Of a DNA stretch of 32,000 bases, positions 7,384 to 16,490 are shown in pieces. The DNA lies in NCBI GenBank assembly GCA_016699265.1, contig CP064967.1, positions 750,001-782,000 on the forward strand. Reading direction: 5' to 3'. Below the pieces are notes generated by a model that had not been told where the DNA came from, made no database searches, and saw nothing but the letters and a program-made list of their open reading frames with translations. Every line of letters begins with the position of its first letter. The first letter of the stretch is position 1. Source of the stretch: Candidatus Saccharimonadota bacterium (GTDB lineage: Bacteria; Patescibacteriota; Microgenomatia; UBA1406; GWC2-37-13). A program made the position numbers and the translations under genes.

Positions 7384-8841
7384 TTGGAAACGATCGTACG
7401 GTTCTCGCAAGTCTCCTTTGACTTTGGGCACAACAAGACCATCATAGACGAAGTGAGTTTTTCTGTCCGTAAAGGGATGAAGGTTGCTTTAATGGGTCAG
7501 AACGGTGCCGGTAAAAGTACTTTATTCAAACTGATCACAAGAAAACTTAATCCGACATCTGGTTCAATTAATGTCGATAAACGTATTATCATTGCAACCG
7601 CGCTTCAGGTCATTCCACCTGAGGAGATGGGCCTTACTGTAGAACAGTACTTCCAGAAGCATCTTGGCGAGGTACTCCCCCATGAGTTAAAAAAGAAACT
7701 AAGCGCGGTACTAGACGTTGTTAACTTGAAGGCACCGTTGGACAAAATAATTAAGTCGTTCTCTGGTGGACAACAAGCCAGACTTCTTCTTGCATCTGCA
7801 CTGATCCAGGAGCCAGATCTACTTCTTCTTGATGAGCCTACCAACAATCTAGACTACACTGGTATCGCACACCTTACAGACTTTCTCATTAACTACACCA
7901 AAAGCGTCATCGTAATCTCCCATGATGCGGAGTTTTTGAATGCCTTCACCGAAGGCGTCCTCTATCTCGATAGTCACACGAAAAAAATTGAGCAGTATGC
8001 CGGTAACTACAATGATGTGCTCGAGCAGATTGAGCTAAGAATTGAGCGGGAGAGAAGACAGAATGCGCAGATGGAACGAGGTATCCAGGAAAACAAAGAT
8101 AAGTCTAATTTTTTTGCCCACAAGGGAGGACGTATGCGATTGGTTGCAAAGAAAATGCGTGAAAAAGCTGATGAAATGGAAAGCTCTAAGGTTGCGGTAC
8201 GACGAGAGGACAAGACCATACGTCAATTTACCATTCCGGCTCAAGAAGATCTGGTAAATGAGTTTCTCAAAATTACATCGGTTACGGTCATGCAGGATCA
8301 TAAAGAAGTCACAAAAGATATTCGCGTCTTTATCGAAAAAAACAAACATCTGCTCATCGTCGGACCAAATGGGATTGGTAAAAGCACATTCATCGAGTCG
8401 CTAATAAACGGTACGGCCAAAGGTGTAACGATGTCCCCGGGAATTCGGGTAGGTACTTATCGACAGGATTTCTCGTCTTTGAATCCGGACGAAACAGTCT
8501 ACGAGTCTCTTTCACGAACTATGAAAGAAGCAACGGGCAAAATCTACGAACAGGAAATTCGAATCGTTGCCTCAGGGTTTCTCATAACAAATGAATATAT
8601 CTACTCGAAAATTGGTACGCTTTCAGAAGGTCAAAAAGGACTCGTAGCATTTGCACAGCTTGTGTTACAAAAACCCGGACTTCTTATACTTGATGAGCCA
8701 ACCAATCACATCAACTTCCGACATCTTCCAAGAATTGCACAGGCGCTTGATGAGTATAAAGGGATGATGATCTTTGTTTCGCACGTTCCTGAGTTTGTTG
8801 CTCAGATCAGAATCGATGAGGTATTGGACTTGGAGGAGTAA
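7384..8841 (+). CDS. ABC-F family ATPase (two ABC domains, no TM domain)
   Basis: Walker A GQNGAGKST and GPNGIGKST. Signatures FSGGQQARL and LSEGQKGLV. Walker B LLLLDEPTN and LLILDEPTN. Charged inter-domain linker. TTG start with no SD (see the uORF finding). Confidence 0.9.
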   Translation: METIVRFSQVSFDFGHNKTIIDEVSFSVRKGMKVALMGQNGAGKSTLFKLITRKLNPTSGSINVDKRIIIATALQVIPPEEMGLTVEQYFQKHLGEVLPHELKKKLSAVLDVVNLKAPLDKIIKSFSGGQQARLLLASALIQEPDLLLLDEPTNNLDYTGIAHLTDFLINYTKSVIVISHDAEFLNAFTEGVLYLDSHTKKIEQYAGNYNDVLEQIELRIERERRQNAQMERGIQENKDKSNFFAHKGGRMRLVAKKMREKADEMESSKVAVRREDKTIRQFTIPAQEDLVNEFLKITSVTVMQDHKEVTKDIRVFIEKNKHLLIVGPNGIGKSTFIESLINGTAKGVTMSPGIRVGTYRQDFSSLNPDETVYESLSRTMKEATGKIYEQEIRIVASGFLITNEYIYSKIGTLSEGQKGLVAFAQLVLQKPGLLILDEPTNHINFRHLPRIAQALDEYKGMMIFVSHVPEFVAQIRIDEVLDLEE

Positions 8842-8863
8842 AGACGATAGAATATATATCAAT

Positions 8864-9262
8864 ATGTTTATAAAAATGTATCTGGTAACGCTGTTTGTTT
8901 TTTTTGCGATCGATATGGTTTGGTTAGGTTTAATTGCAAAATCTTTTTATCAATCACAAATAGGATACTTGATGAAAGCAACTCCTAACTGGACTGCGGC
9001 AATAATTTTTTATCTACTTTTTATCGTGGGCTTAGTGGTTTTTGTTGTTGCTCCATCTCTCGCGAAACAATCATGGTCTCAAGCGCTATTATTAGGGGCG
9101 TTGTTTGGGCTAATTTGCTATGCAACCTACGACCTTACCAATCTAGCTACTATTAAGAACTGGCCTATCCTTGTAACCGTAGTTGATCTTATCTGGGGTA
9201 CGGTACTCTCTGCATCCGTGTCGTACATAAGCTATAACGTAATAAGATTCCTCAAGATATGA
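8864..9262 (+). CDS. DUF2177-like integral membrane protein
   Basis: I prefer ATG 8864 (MFIKMYLVTLFVFFAIDMVWLGL...) to the track start at 8774, which overlaps the ABC-F gene. It has four hydrophobic helices, and a TAGAAT box sits at 8848-8853. Confidence 0.6.
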   Translation: MFIKMYLVTLFVFFAIDMVWLGLIAKSFYQSQIGYLMKATPNWTAAIIFYLLFIVGLVVFVVAPSLAKQSWSQALLLGALFGLICYATYDLTNLATIKNWPILVTVVDLIWGTVLSASVSYISYNVIRFLKI

Positions 9263-10026
9263 GCCCGTATTTCACACTCGTAGCACTGCTTTTCATCTAC
9301 ATGAGTTTTTGGTTCATATTTTCTGTAATCAAGAAAAGAAATGATGTTGCGGATGTTGCTTGGGGACTCGGTTTTGTATTCCTCGCTTGGTCATCATTCT
9401 TCATTCATCAGAGTTATGAAATTAAACCGTTCCTTGTAAATATGCTCGTTAGCATATGGGGGATTCGACTTGCCTGGCATATTCACGCAAGAAATAAAAA
9501 TAAAGCGGAGGACTATCGCTATCTTGAATGGCGCAAACAGTGGGGATCGTTATTTTATATAAGGTCTTTTTTACAGGTTTACATGCTACAAGGATTATTT
9601 CTTTTTCTTATAGTCTCTCCGGTGTTATTTGTGAACATCGAAAGTCCCTCTATTTTAAATATTTTCGATTATATTGGTGTAATTATTTGGATATTAGGAT
9701 TTATCTTTGAATCTGTAGGAGACAAACAACTAGCTGTCTTTTTAAATCAAAGAACCGATAAGGCTCAGGTCTTACAAACTGGCTTGTGGAAATATTCACG
9801 TCATCCTAATTATTTCGGTGAGGTGACTCAATGGTGGGGATTGTTCATACTCGCTCTATCCTCTGGAGGAATGTTGACAATAATTAGTCCTTTAACAATA
9901 ACGACACTTATTCTTTTTGTTTCGGGTATCCCACTTCTTGAGAAGAAACAGAACCAAAATCCTCTCTATCGAGAATATGCGAAACGAACAAGTAAGTTCG
10001 TTCCTCTGCCCCCTAGACTCATATGA
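9259..10026 (+). CDS. DUF1295 / steroid 5-alpha-reductase-like membrane protein
   Basis: Multi-TM protein with WKYSRHPNYFGEVTQWWGLF, the family signature. ATGA overlap with the upstream gene. Confidence 0.8.
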   Translation: MSPYFTLVALLFIYMSFWFIFSVIKKRNDVADVAWGLGFVFLAWSSFFIHQSYEIKPFLVNMLVSIWGIRLAWHIHARNKNKAEDYRYLEWRKQWGSLFYIRSFLQVYMLQGLFLFLIVSPVLFVNIESPSILNIFDYIGVIIWILGFIFESVGDKQLAVFLNQRTDKAQVLQTGLWKYSRHPNYFGEVTQWWGLFILALSSGGMLTIISPLTITTLILFVSGIPLLEKKQNQNPLYREYAKRTSKFVPLPPRLI

Positions 10027-10529
10027 AAGAGGTTGTGATAACCGTGCTTGATAAAATGCAGAGCAACTATCGATATATCTTATCTGAACCAATAGGTAAA
10101 AACTTTGACCCTAACTTTAAACCAGATCTCACACCAAAACAAATGCTCGAACTCGGTGTATTCGGTGGTAAGTATATGACCGACTGTGGAAAAGAATTTC
10201 CGAAGGATTGGTTTAAAAATGCAAAGCTATGTGCAGAAAAACATAATGCAACACTCAACTTTTTTAAGGTCAATGCGAGCCAACCTCTTCAGGTATGGCG
10301 GAAAAAGGGTTGGATATATCATGAAGATCCACGGGGGTGGTTCCAGTGGTACTGTCGCTATTACATGGGACGCCGCTGCGCAGATGATGAACGACAGATT
10401 AAGCGGTGGAAAGCTATTCGGCGTCACATTTCTCAACTTACTAAAAACTGTAGACGAGGGGATTTTGGTTGTCGCCCAAGACAACGCCAAGCTATATTAC
10501 ACTGGGCATACGATAGTAGAAAATATTAA
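10023..10529 (+). CDS. Conserved hypothetical soluble protein (motif DPRGWFQWYCRYYMGRR)
   Basis: 168-aa ORF, translationally coupled to the upstream gene. I recognise the motif as recurring in uncharacterised proteins but cannot name the family with certainty. Confidence 0.55.
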   Translation: MKEVVITVLDKMQSNYRYILSEPIGKNFDPNFKPDLTPKQMLELGVFGGKYMTDCGKEFPKDWFKNAKLCAEKHNATLNFFKVNASQPLQVWRKKGWIYHEDPRGWFQWYCRYYMGRRCADDERQIKRWKAIRRHISQLTKNCRRGDFGCRPRQRQAILHWAYDSRKY

Positions 10530-11590
10530 AGCTTGATAACCTCAGATGGAATCTTGTGTTTTTTGGCAAGCTGTACAATCTCCAAGTCAGTTGTAGAGGC
10601 AATCGTCTGATATTGCTTTACTAAGTCAAGAATCATTTCCTTGTTCGTACTATCAAACTCAGAGAACACGTCGTCGAGTAATAGAATAGGATCAAACTTA
10701 GAATCCTCCTGATAGTATCGTATTTCTGCAATTTTAAGCCACATCAATGCCAGTCGCTGCTCACTTCTTGAACCAAACTTTTGAATGTTTTTGTCCGTGG
10801 TATCTTTTTTTTGTGAGAGAAAAATCTGAAAATCATCTTTCTGTGGTCCACACATCGTTCTCCTTGTCTTCAACTCAAGCTCTTCATACCTATCAAGCTG
10901 AGATTGATTAAATTCGTTTTTAAGATACTCTATACAAAACTTTTTACTTTCTATTAGTGGATGGCTGTTAAGGAAGTCGCAGTACTTTTGCCTGACACTT
11001 GTCACATACTTTGCATTTTGAATGCATAGTTCATTCCAAAAAGTAAGCTCGGCTCGAAGTTTAATGACATCTTCAAAATTCTCAAGAATTTTATTTCTTC
11101 TTCGTACTGCTCGCTCATAGGCATCGAGACTTTTTTTATACTGATAGTCGAACTGTGAAATTAATTTATTAAAGTAAGATCTTCTCTTATCTGGAGATCC
11201 TGTTAGCATTTCGATGTGCTCTGGTGCAAACAACACTACCCCACGAGGCTCTTGCTTGTATTGCCTAAGTTGCTTCTTGGTTTTATTGATAAAAAAAGAT
11301 TTTGCATAACCTGTCTCTGATCTGACCAGTCCTACCTTGCACGATATCTTTCCGGACTCGTCGGTAAAAACTCCTTCCACGTATGTACTTGGTTTATCAC
11401 CAAAAAAAACGAGCTCCTCCTCTTTCGCTTCGCGAAATCCGGTCCCATGAACTAAAAAATACACCGCCTCAAGACAGTTTGTCTTCCCTTTAGCATTATC
11501 TCCGATAAAAACGGTGAGTCTTTCACCAATGGTAAATGATGCATCTTTGATATTGCGAAAGTTATGAAGCCCTAAGGATACTAAACGCAT
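10526..11590 (-). CDS. recF: DNA replication and repair protein RecF
   Basis: MRLVSLGLHNFRNI...FIGDNAKGKTNCLEAVYFL (Walker A), SMC-like body, LLLDDVFSEFD (Walker B). Confidence 0.9.
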   Translation of the reverse strand: MRLVSLGLHNFRNIKDASFTIGERLTVFIGDNAKGKTNCLEAVYFLVHGTGFREAKEEELVFFGDKPSTYVEGVFTDESGKISCKVGLVRSETGYAKSFFINKTKKQLRQYKQEPRGVVLFAPEHIEMLTGSPDKRRSYFNKLISQFDYQYKKSLDAYERAVRRRNKILENFEDVIKLRAELTFWNELCIQNAKYVTSVRQKYCDFLNSHPLIESKKFCIEYLKNEFNQSQLDRYEELELKTRRTMCGPQKDDFQIFLSQKKDTTDKNIQKFGSRSEQRLALMWLKIAEIRYYQEDSKFDPILLLDDVFSEFDSTNKEMILDLVKQYQTIASTTDLEIVQLAKKHKIPSEVIKL

Positions 11591-11599
11591 AGAACCAGA

Positions 11600-12310
11600 T
11601 TATACTGAGGGAGTGATGGTTGTACCAGTGAATGAGCTATCGCCTTCTATGATCTTGTTTAGATTGTCAAACTTTTCTCCATTTGCTATCACAACGGTGA
11701 TTTCATGTTTTTTAGCAAGACGAGCAGCAACTGGATCAAAAGGCACATTGATTCCTGGTGACCATTCTGTAGGTACTAATTTTTCAAAATCAGTCCAGGT
11801 AATGTTCTTTATTGGTTTTGCATCGACGTTGATGTTCGGATCTCCATCATATACATAATCAACATTGGACATATTGATAATAAGGTTGGCTCCGTAATCT
11901 CTTGCAAGAACAACGGCGTCGTAGTCAGTTGACCAACCCGGTTTCCAACCAGCGCCAATTACCACCGACTCGTGCCAGTCCACCAACTTACGTTCGTAGT
12001 CGTCTATGATTCTCGGGTGAGCGATGTCCTGAAAAATCGTTCTTAGAAGATGAGCATTAAGTCTCGTTGCATGTATACCAAGCCAGTCAAGATCCTCATG
12101 AGTCAAGGATCCTATTACCATCTTCCCTGCATCGCGATAGGTTCTTGCAAGTCTTCCACCACCAGATACGAGAAAAAAACGTCGCCCTTTTTTTACATGC
12201 TCACGAATGCAGTGATTAAGATTCTGAAGAAATGGAATATTTATGCCTCCGTTTGGAACGATTAGACTACCGCCGACGGAAAGCACTATTAACTTATTGT
12301 CCTCAGCCAT
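11600..12310 (-). CDS. pyrH: UMP kinase, archaeal-type (amino-acid kinase fold)
   Basis: LIVLSVGGSLIVP...FFLVSGGGRLARTYRDA...DWLGIHATRLNAHLL...VVIGAGWKPGWSTD matches the archaeal PyrH pattern. Confidence 0.8.
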   Translation of the reverse strand: MAEDNKLIVLSVGGSLIVPNGGINIPFLQNLNHCIREHVKKGRRFFLVSGGGRLARTYRDAGKMVIGSLTHEDLDWLGIHATRLNAHLLRTIFQDIAHPRIIDDYERKLVDWHESVVIGAGWKPGWSTDYDAVVLARDYGANLIINMSNVDYVYDGDPNINVDAKPIKNITWTDFEKLVPTEWSPGINVPFDPVAARLAKKHEITVVIANGEKFDNLNKIIEGDSSFTGTTITPSV

Positions 12311-12347
12311 GATGATGTATTGTACGAAATTACCGATTATTTAACAA

Positions 12348-12686
12348 TTAAAAGATCTCTGTTCCAAGGCCGAAAATTCGAGAAGCTACCTGAACGATCA
12401 AGTACGCCACTGCAAGAAGAATGACTCCAATGATACCGGATGTTATTTTTGCCTTAGCTGTTTTGATCTTCTCCGGAGCGCCTCTTGAAAGGATTAGATC
12501 AAATCCACCCCAGATAAAAACAAATAGAAGAATTACCAAAGAAAGACCGTATGCGAACGGCATAACCTGATTAACTACATCGGCAGGTGTTTGGATCGCG
12601 GTGCCATTAAACTGTTTGGCTGGTCCACAAATTTGCGGACCGTTCTCCCCTATAGTTACACACTGAGCAAGTAAAACTCCAATCAT
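12348..12686 (-). CDS. Small TrbC/VirB2-like 'type IV secretion system pilin' family protein
   Basis: 112 aa. A Cys pair sits in the N-terminal part, followed by two hydrophobic helices joined by RGAPEKIKTAKAKI, the signature loop of the CPR pilin family. ATGA overlap with the upstream gene. Confidence 0.6.
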   Translation of the reverse strand: MIGVLLAQCVTIGENGPQICGPAKQFNGTAIQTPADVVNQVMPFAYGLSLVILLFVFIWGGFDLILSRGAPEKIKTAKAKITSGIIGVILLAVAYLIVQVASRIFGLGTEIF

Positions 12687-13342
12687 CGTTGTATTCTCAA
12701 AATTAATTTCAACACTACAATCATACCACCATTTAGTAGGAGCGAGAAGATGAGAAAGGAATTAACGACAGAAAAAAACTGGGACATCAAGTTCACATCA
12801 AAAATGACAAGAAAAGATTTAACATCAATCTTTAACACGAAGAGCACTACGCCGATGACAACTATTATTGGTATTACATATACGAGATCGATGAGATCCT
12901 GTTTAGAAGAAAACATAGTAGATGAGATAGTAAAAACAATGTAGGAAAAAAGTGCTCCACTCCAGTAGTTTATATAGAGAAGTTTGAACGCATCGATAAG
13001 CCAAAACGCAAAAAGAGCGGCAAAAAAAGGTGCAATACCAACCATCAATCCTCTTACGACGTCTCTCTTTTCGTACGTGACCGTTCCCAGTTTAAGAGTA
13101 TTGCCTCTGACTTTTGGAATGAGAGTTATATCTCTTACCTTTAAATTCAAAATCATCGCCATCACCAGATGAGACATCTCGTGTATCGCGGTTCCTGGGA
13201 AATATAAAAGCGCAATCATTCTGTACGCCGCCTGTGGATGCTTGAGAAATCGCGAAAAAAAATAAAAGCAGGTATGAATCGTTTTGCGAGATAAAAAGAA
13301 AAGCGCCACACAAAGAATTAGAAATAATAGTACCTGGGTCAT
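12683..13342 (-). CDS. Polytopic membrane protein with HExxH zincin motif (putative membrane metalloprotease)
   Basis: FPGTAIHEMSHLVMA lies next to TM helices, and the rest is hydrophobic. This resembles M50B/DUF3267-type proteins. Confidence 0.55.
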   Translation of the reverse strand: MTQVLLFLILCVALFFLSRKTIHTCFYFFSRFLKHPQAAYRMIALLYFPGTAIHEMSHLVMAMILNLKVRDITLIPKVRGNTLKLGTVTYEKRDVVRGLMVGIAPFFAALFAFWLIDAFKLLYINYWSGALFSYIVFTISSTMFSSKQDLIDLVYVIPIIVVIGVVLFVLKIDVKSFLVIFDVNLMSQFFSVVNSFLIFSLLLNGGMIVVLKLILRIQR

Positions 13343-13710
13343 TGAGTAATGATAGCACTTGGAGAGGCTAGTGGAGTTAGCGTTGCTGACGGAGTTGAGG
13401 TTGGACTAATCATGGCGGGTGGGGTCGCAACCGTTGATGGTTGTTCGTTGTCCCCTGGCACTACATCTCTTATTACCTGCGTTTGAGAATTAGTAAGTGA
13501 ATCTGCTTTGCTTTCCTCGAGTTGTTTTTGATAAATTAGAAACCACATCAGTCCAGCTAGTATAAGCGTGATTAGAATCGCTACAATTATAAGAACTGCA
13601 TTTACATCGACGGCACCTTTTCCGCCCCGAAGGGGGCCCGTTGGGCTGAGCGAACTGGGTAACGGAGTGAAATTATCGGGCATTTCATCATTGTGACTAA
13701 TCTTTGCCAA
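13339..13710 (-). CDS. Single-pass membrane protein with Pro/Thr/Ser-rich extracytoplasmic tail
   Basis: 123-aa ORF with TM helix AVLIIVAILITLILAGLMWFLI. 4-nt overlap with the downstream gene. Confidence 0.5.
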   Translation of the reverse strand: MAKISHNDEMPDNFTPLPSSLSPTGPLRGGKGAVDVNAVLIIVAILITLILAGLMWFLIYQKQLEESKADSLTNSQTQVIRDVVPGDNEQPSTVATPPAMISPTSTPSATLTPLASPSAIITQ

Positions 13711-13774
13711 TTTGTCAAAACGAGATAATCATATCGCATACCTGATGAATAAACGGTAGAATGAATATGATCAT

Positions 13775-15073
13775 ATGGATAGAAAATTTGGCCTTATTCT
13801 GGGGGTATGTGTTGTTGGATTGTTTGCACTAATTGTTGCACTTAATTTTTTTACGGCCCCTCGGCCTAAAGATGAAAGCTCCTCATCACCTATTCCTACT
13901 AGAGCGTCAATAACTCGAACTGGTAATAACTTCGCCCAACCTAGAATGAGCGAATCCATGCGGAAAACCTTACAGCAAGAACAAACTAAGCTCCAACAAT
14001 CGACCCCCCTAACGAAGGAGCAGGTTGAGTCCCTACAAAAATTAAAGAGCACGCTTCGAACAAAACCTGAGGATAACGACGACTTTGCAATCTCATACTC
14101 TGAAGATCTTGATCAGTTCTTCGTCCAGCTAAAGTCCTCCGAGGCAACTCAGAAGTTTGAAGAATTCTTAGTTAAAGATCCAGAACTAATAAAGATTTAT
14201 GAAAGTGACAACTATGATTATTTTAAGACCGGCACTATTTCACCACAAACATTAATTACACAGGCGCAACGAGTGCTTGACGATTATCGAGAGAGAGAAG
14301 ATGAATCTCAGAAGGCTGACTCGGACTTAACAATAGTTGATTCTCCTCCTCCACAATCACTGTCCCCGACACTGCCTATAAATACAAACGACCCCTCGAG
14401 TCAGATAAAGCCGGTATTTAATATTTTTAAGACACTTGTAGGTCTTAATTCTATACCTCTGCCAACATCCACTCCAACCCCTGGTAAGATCTTAGTAGGC
14501 AACCCCACCTCACCGGTTCAGTCTACTCCTAGTAACCTCGATTCTCTTTTTGCCGAAGCTGGCCAACGGGTAGGAACTCCTCCTCCTCTCATTAAAGCGG
14601 TTATGGCCCACGAATGCGGAGTTCTCCTGTCCGAAACTTCTGCAAACATTCTGGCTTGGTCTCAGGCAGGAGCCGGACTCCCAATCACGCATAAATGCTT
14701 TGACGGAGGGGTTGCAAAAGGAGACGGACTCGATCTTGGTCCGATGCAGTTTTATATTCCTCGATATTTTGAGGTTTATAGTCAGTCGGTAAACCAATTT
14801 GGGAACTACAATAGGCCGAAACCGTATGTTGAGAACATCATAGACAGTGTCTACGCCTCAGCTTACAAGTTAAAGCTCGATAGTAAGTCGTCTGATTCAA
14901 ATTTTTCCTGTCTGGAGGTGAAGCGAGCTTCGTGGTGCTACGCCTGTGGTTGCAGTCGTTATGATAATGGCAATCTTGGAGCCTATGGCTGCCGCTTTGC
15001 ACCCGGACTTTTTCAATATCTATGGGGTTACTACACCATAGGAAGACCAGTGACCAACAATCCTCCTTGTTAA
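13775..15073 (+). CDS. Membrane-anchored lytic-transglycosylase-like (SLT/VirB1-like) cell-wall hydrolase
   Basis: N-terminal TM helix. The C-terminal part carries LIKAVMAHECG (a catalytic-Glu-like context), GPMQF (compare GLMQ) and SVYASAYKL. Confidence 0.65.
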   Translation: MDRKFGLILGVCVVGLFALIVALNFFTAPRPKDESSSSPIPTRASITRTGNNFAQPRMSESMRKTLQQEQTKLQQSTPLTKEQVESLQKLKSTLRTKPEDNDDFAISYSEDLDQFFVQLKSSEATQKFEEFLVKDPELIKIYESDNYDYFKTGTISPQTLITQAQRVLDDYREREDESQKADSDLTIVDSPPPQSLSPTLPINTNDPSSQIKPVFNIFKTLVGLNSIPLPTSTPTPGKILVGNPTSPVQSTPSNLDSLFAEAGQRVGTPPPLIKAVMAHECGVLLSETSANILAWSQAGAGLPITHKCFDGGVAKGDGLDLGPMQFYIPRYFEVYSQSVNQFGNYNRPKPYVENIIDSVYASAYKLKLDSKSSDSNFSCLEVKRASWCYACGCSRYDNGNLGAYGCRFAPGLFQYLWGYYTIGRPVTNNPPC

Positions 15074-15087
15074 GGCGCTCTGAATAT

Positions 15088-15117
15088 TTGACAAGTTAAG
15101 GCCGATTCCAATAGAAT
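15088..15117 (+). promoter_or_regulatory. Sigma70-like promoter TTGACA-N18-TAGAAT
   Basis: TTGACA 15088-15093 and TAGAAT 15112-15117, 20 nt upstream of ATG 15138. Confidence 0.5.
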
Positions 15118-15137
15118 GAGTTGATATTTACACATAG

Positions 15138-16442
15138 ATGAATAAAAAATTCACGATCATAATTGTAGTAACAACTGTATTGCTTGTGGCACTTCTTATT
15201 GTGTTAGGAATTCTTCGCTCCAAACCACAGACGGATAGTACGAGCGATCAGTTTGCCTCACCAACCAACATCCCAAATAACCAAAGAGGTGGCGGTAGCA
15301 GCAGGAGCAGCAGCAGCGGCAGCGGCAGCGGCAATAATAATAGTATTAGTGGTAATGGCACAGCTGGTAATAGTGGCAGAGGTAATGGTATCTCAGCGAC
15401 CCCTAGGCAAGTTGCTACCCCAACTCCTCTACCCAAAGTAAAGTTAGATGCTTTATCTACTATCCAGAGATTCCTACCATATAATTCCGACGCACTTGCG
15501 GTTGATTACTCAGCGATTACTAATAAAATCTATGTGCAGAAAAAGGGTGAAAAAGCAGATGAGGAATTTCAACAGTTTTTGACACAAAATAATCTTGTTG
15601 ACATCTATAATAAAAGTCCAGAATTATTTCTCACATCGCAGTCTATTCTTGCACCTATAATTACGAATGAAGAGCAAAAAATAGAGTTCTCACCAGAAGA
15701 AGTGAAAGAGGCTGTTCTAGAACCTCTGACATCTCCAACGTCAATACCTAATCCAAACGATCCTTCAAAACAAATGCTACCAATGGTGAATGTCTTCAAA
15801 ACATTGATGGGATTAAATACGATACTACTCCCCCCATCCGAAATCATTCAGTCACCATCTACGCAGTCAACGACTTCTCCTGTTGTACCTGTTAATATAA
15901 ACTACGGAAAAGACACTACGAACATACCTTGCGCCGCAGGAACCGACTACGGACCTGCAGATGGGTATACGAATGGAGTTCTTACACGAATACGCACATG
16001 TAGAGTTGCGGGCATGGTAGTTAATTCTCAGGTTTCGAAACAAGTAAGCGACATGCACGCTGCATGGACAGCAGCTGGTATTCCATTAAGTGGTGGGAGC
16101 TTTAGAACGATGGCCGGACAAATTAGTATTTATCAAAATTGGTGCAAAATTGATGGAATAGTGGGAAGTCCACCCCCATACCCAAAGCCTCCCGGTCAAA
16201 CAATTCGCTGTCCAGGTGGCGGAGCGCCGGGATATTCAAATCATCAAATGGGTATGGCTATCGACTTTAACTGTGCGGGGACGCTCATTCCTCGAAAATA
16301 CGCAGCAGCTTCTCAGAATAGATGCTTTCAGTGGCTTTCGACAAACGCGGGTAAATACGGCTTCTTTGAGTACGGTTATGGAAAAACAAGAGATGGGAGC
16401 TCTGGCTATGAAGGTTGGCATTGGTCGGTTAACGGGAATTAG
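15138..16442 (+). CDS. Membrane-anchored peptidase M15 (VanY / D-Ala-D-Ala carboxypeptidase-like) cell-wall hydrolase
   Basis: N-terminal TM helix, Ser/Gly/Asn low-complexity stretch, and a C-terminal GYSNHQMGMAIDF (SxHxxGxAxD) plus YEGWHWS (ExWH) zinc-peptidase signature. Confidence 0.75.
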   Translation: MNKKFTIIIVVTTVLLVALLIVLGILRSKPQTDSTSDQFASPTNIPNNQRGGGSSRSSSSGSGSGNNNSISGNGTAGNSGRGNGISATPRQVATPTPLPKVKLDALSTIQRFLPYNSDALAVDYSAITNKIYVQKKGEKADEEFQQFLTQNNLVDIYNKSPELFLTSQSILAPIITNEEQKIEFSPEEVKEAVLEPLTSPTSIPNPNDPSKQMLPMVNVFKTLMGLNTILLPPSEIIQSPSTQSTTSPVVPVNINYGKDTTNIPCAAGTDYGPADGYTNGVLTRIRTCRVAGMVVNSQVSKQVSDMHAAWTAAGIPLSGGSFRTMAGQISIYQNWCKIDGIVGSPPPYPKPPGQTIRCPGGGAPGYSNHQMGMAIDFNCAGTLIPRKYAAASQNRCFQWLSTNAGKYGFFEYGYGKTRDGSSGYEGWHWSVNGN

Positions 16443-16455
16443 CCATGAGCCTTCG

Positions 16456-16484
16456 TTGACTTTATACGTACAAATCCATAGAAT
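16456..16484 (+). promoter_or_regulatory. Sigma70-like promoter TTGACT-N17-TAGAAT, 6 nt from the start codon
   Basis: TTGACT 16456-16461, TAGAAT 16479-16484, ATG 16491. Confidence 0.55.
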
Positions 16485-16490
16485 AAAATC

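Noticed and set aside
8774-8863. Longer start (8774) for the DUF2177-like gene
   Set aside because: The extension overlaps the end of the ABC-F gene and encodes a non-hydrophobic, Arg/Trp-rich peptide. ATG 8864 is preceded by a TAGAAT box and begins directly with the first TM helix.
15248-15441. 62-aa ORFs on both strands (poly-Leu/Pro and poly-Ala)
   Set aside because: They are artefacts of the triplet-repeat tract inside the 15138-16442 gene.
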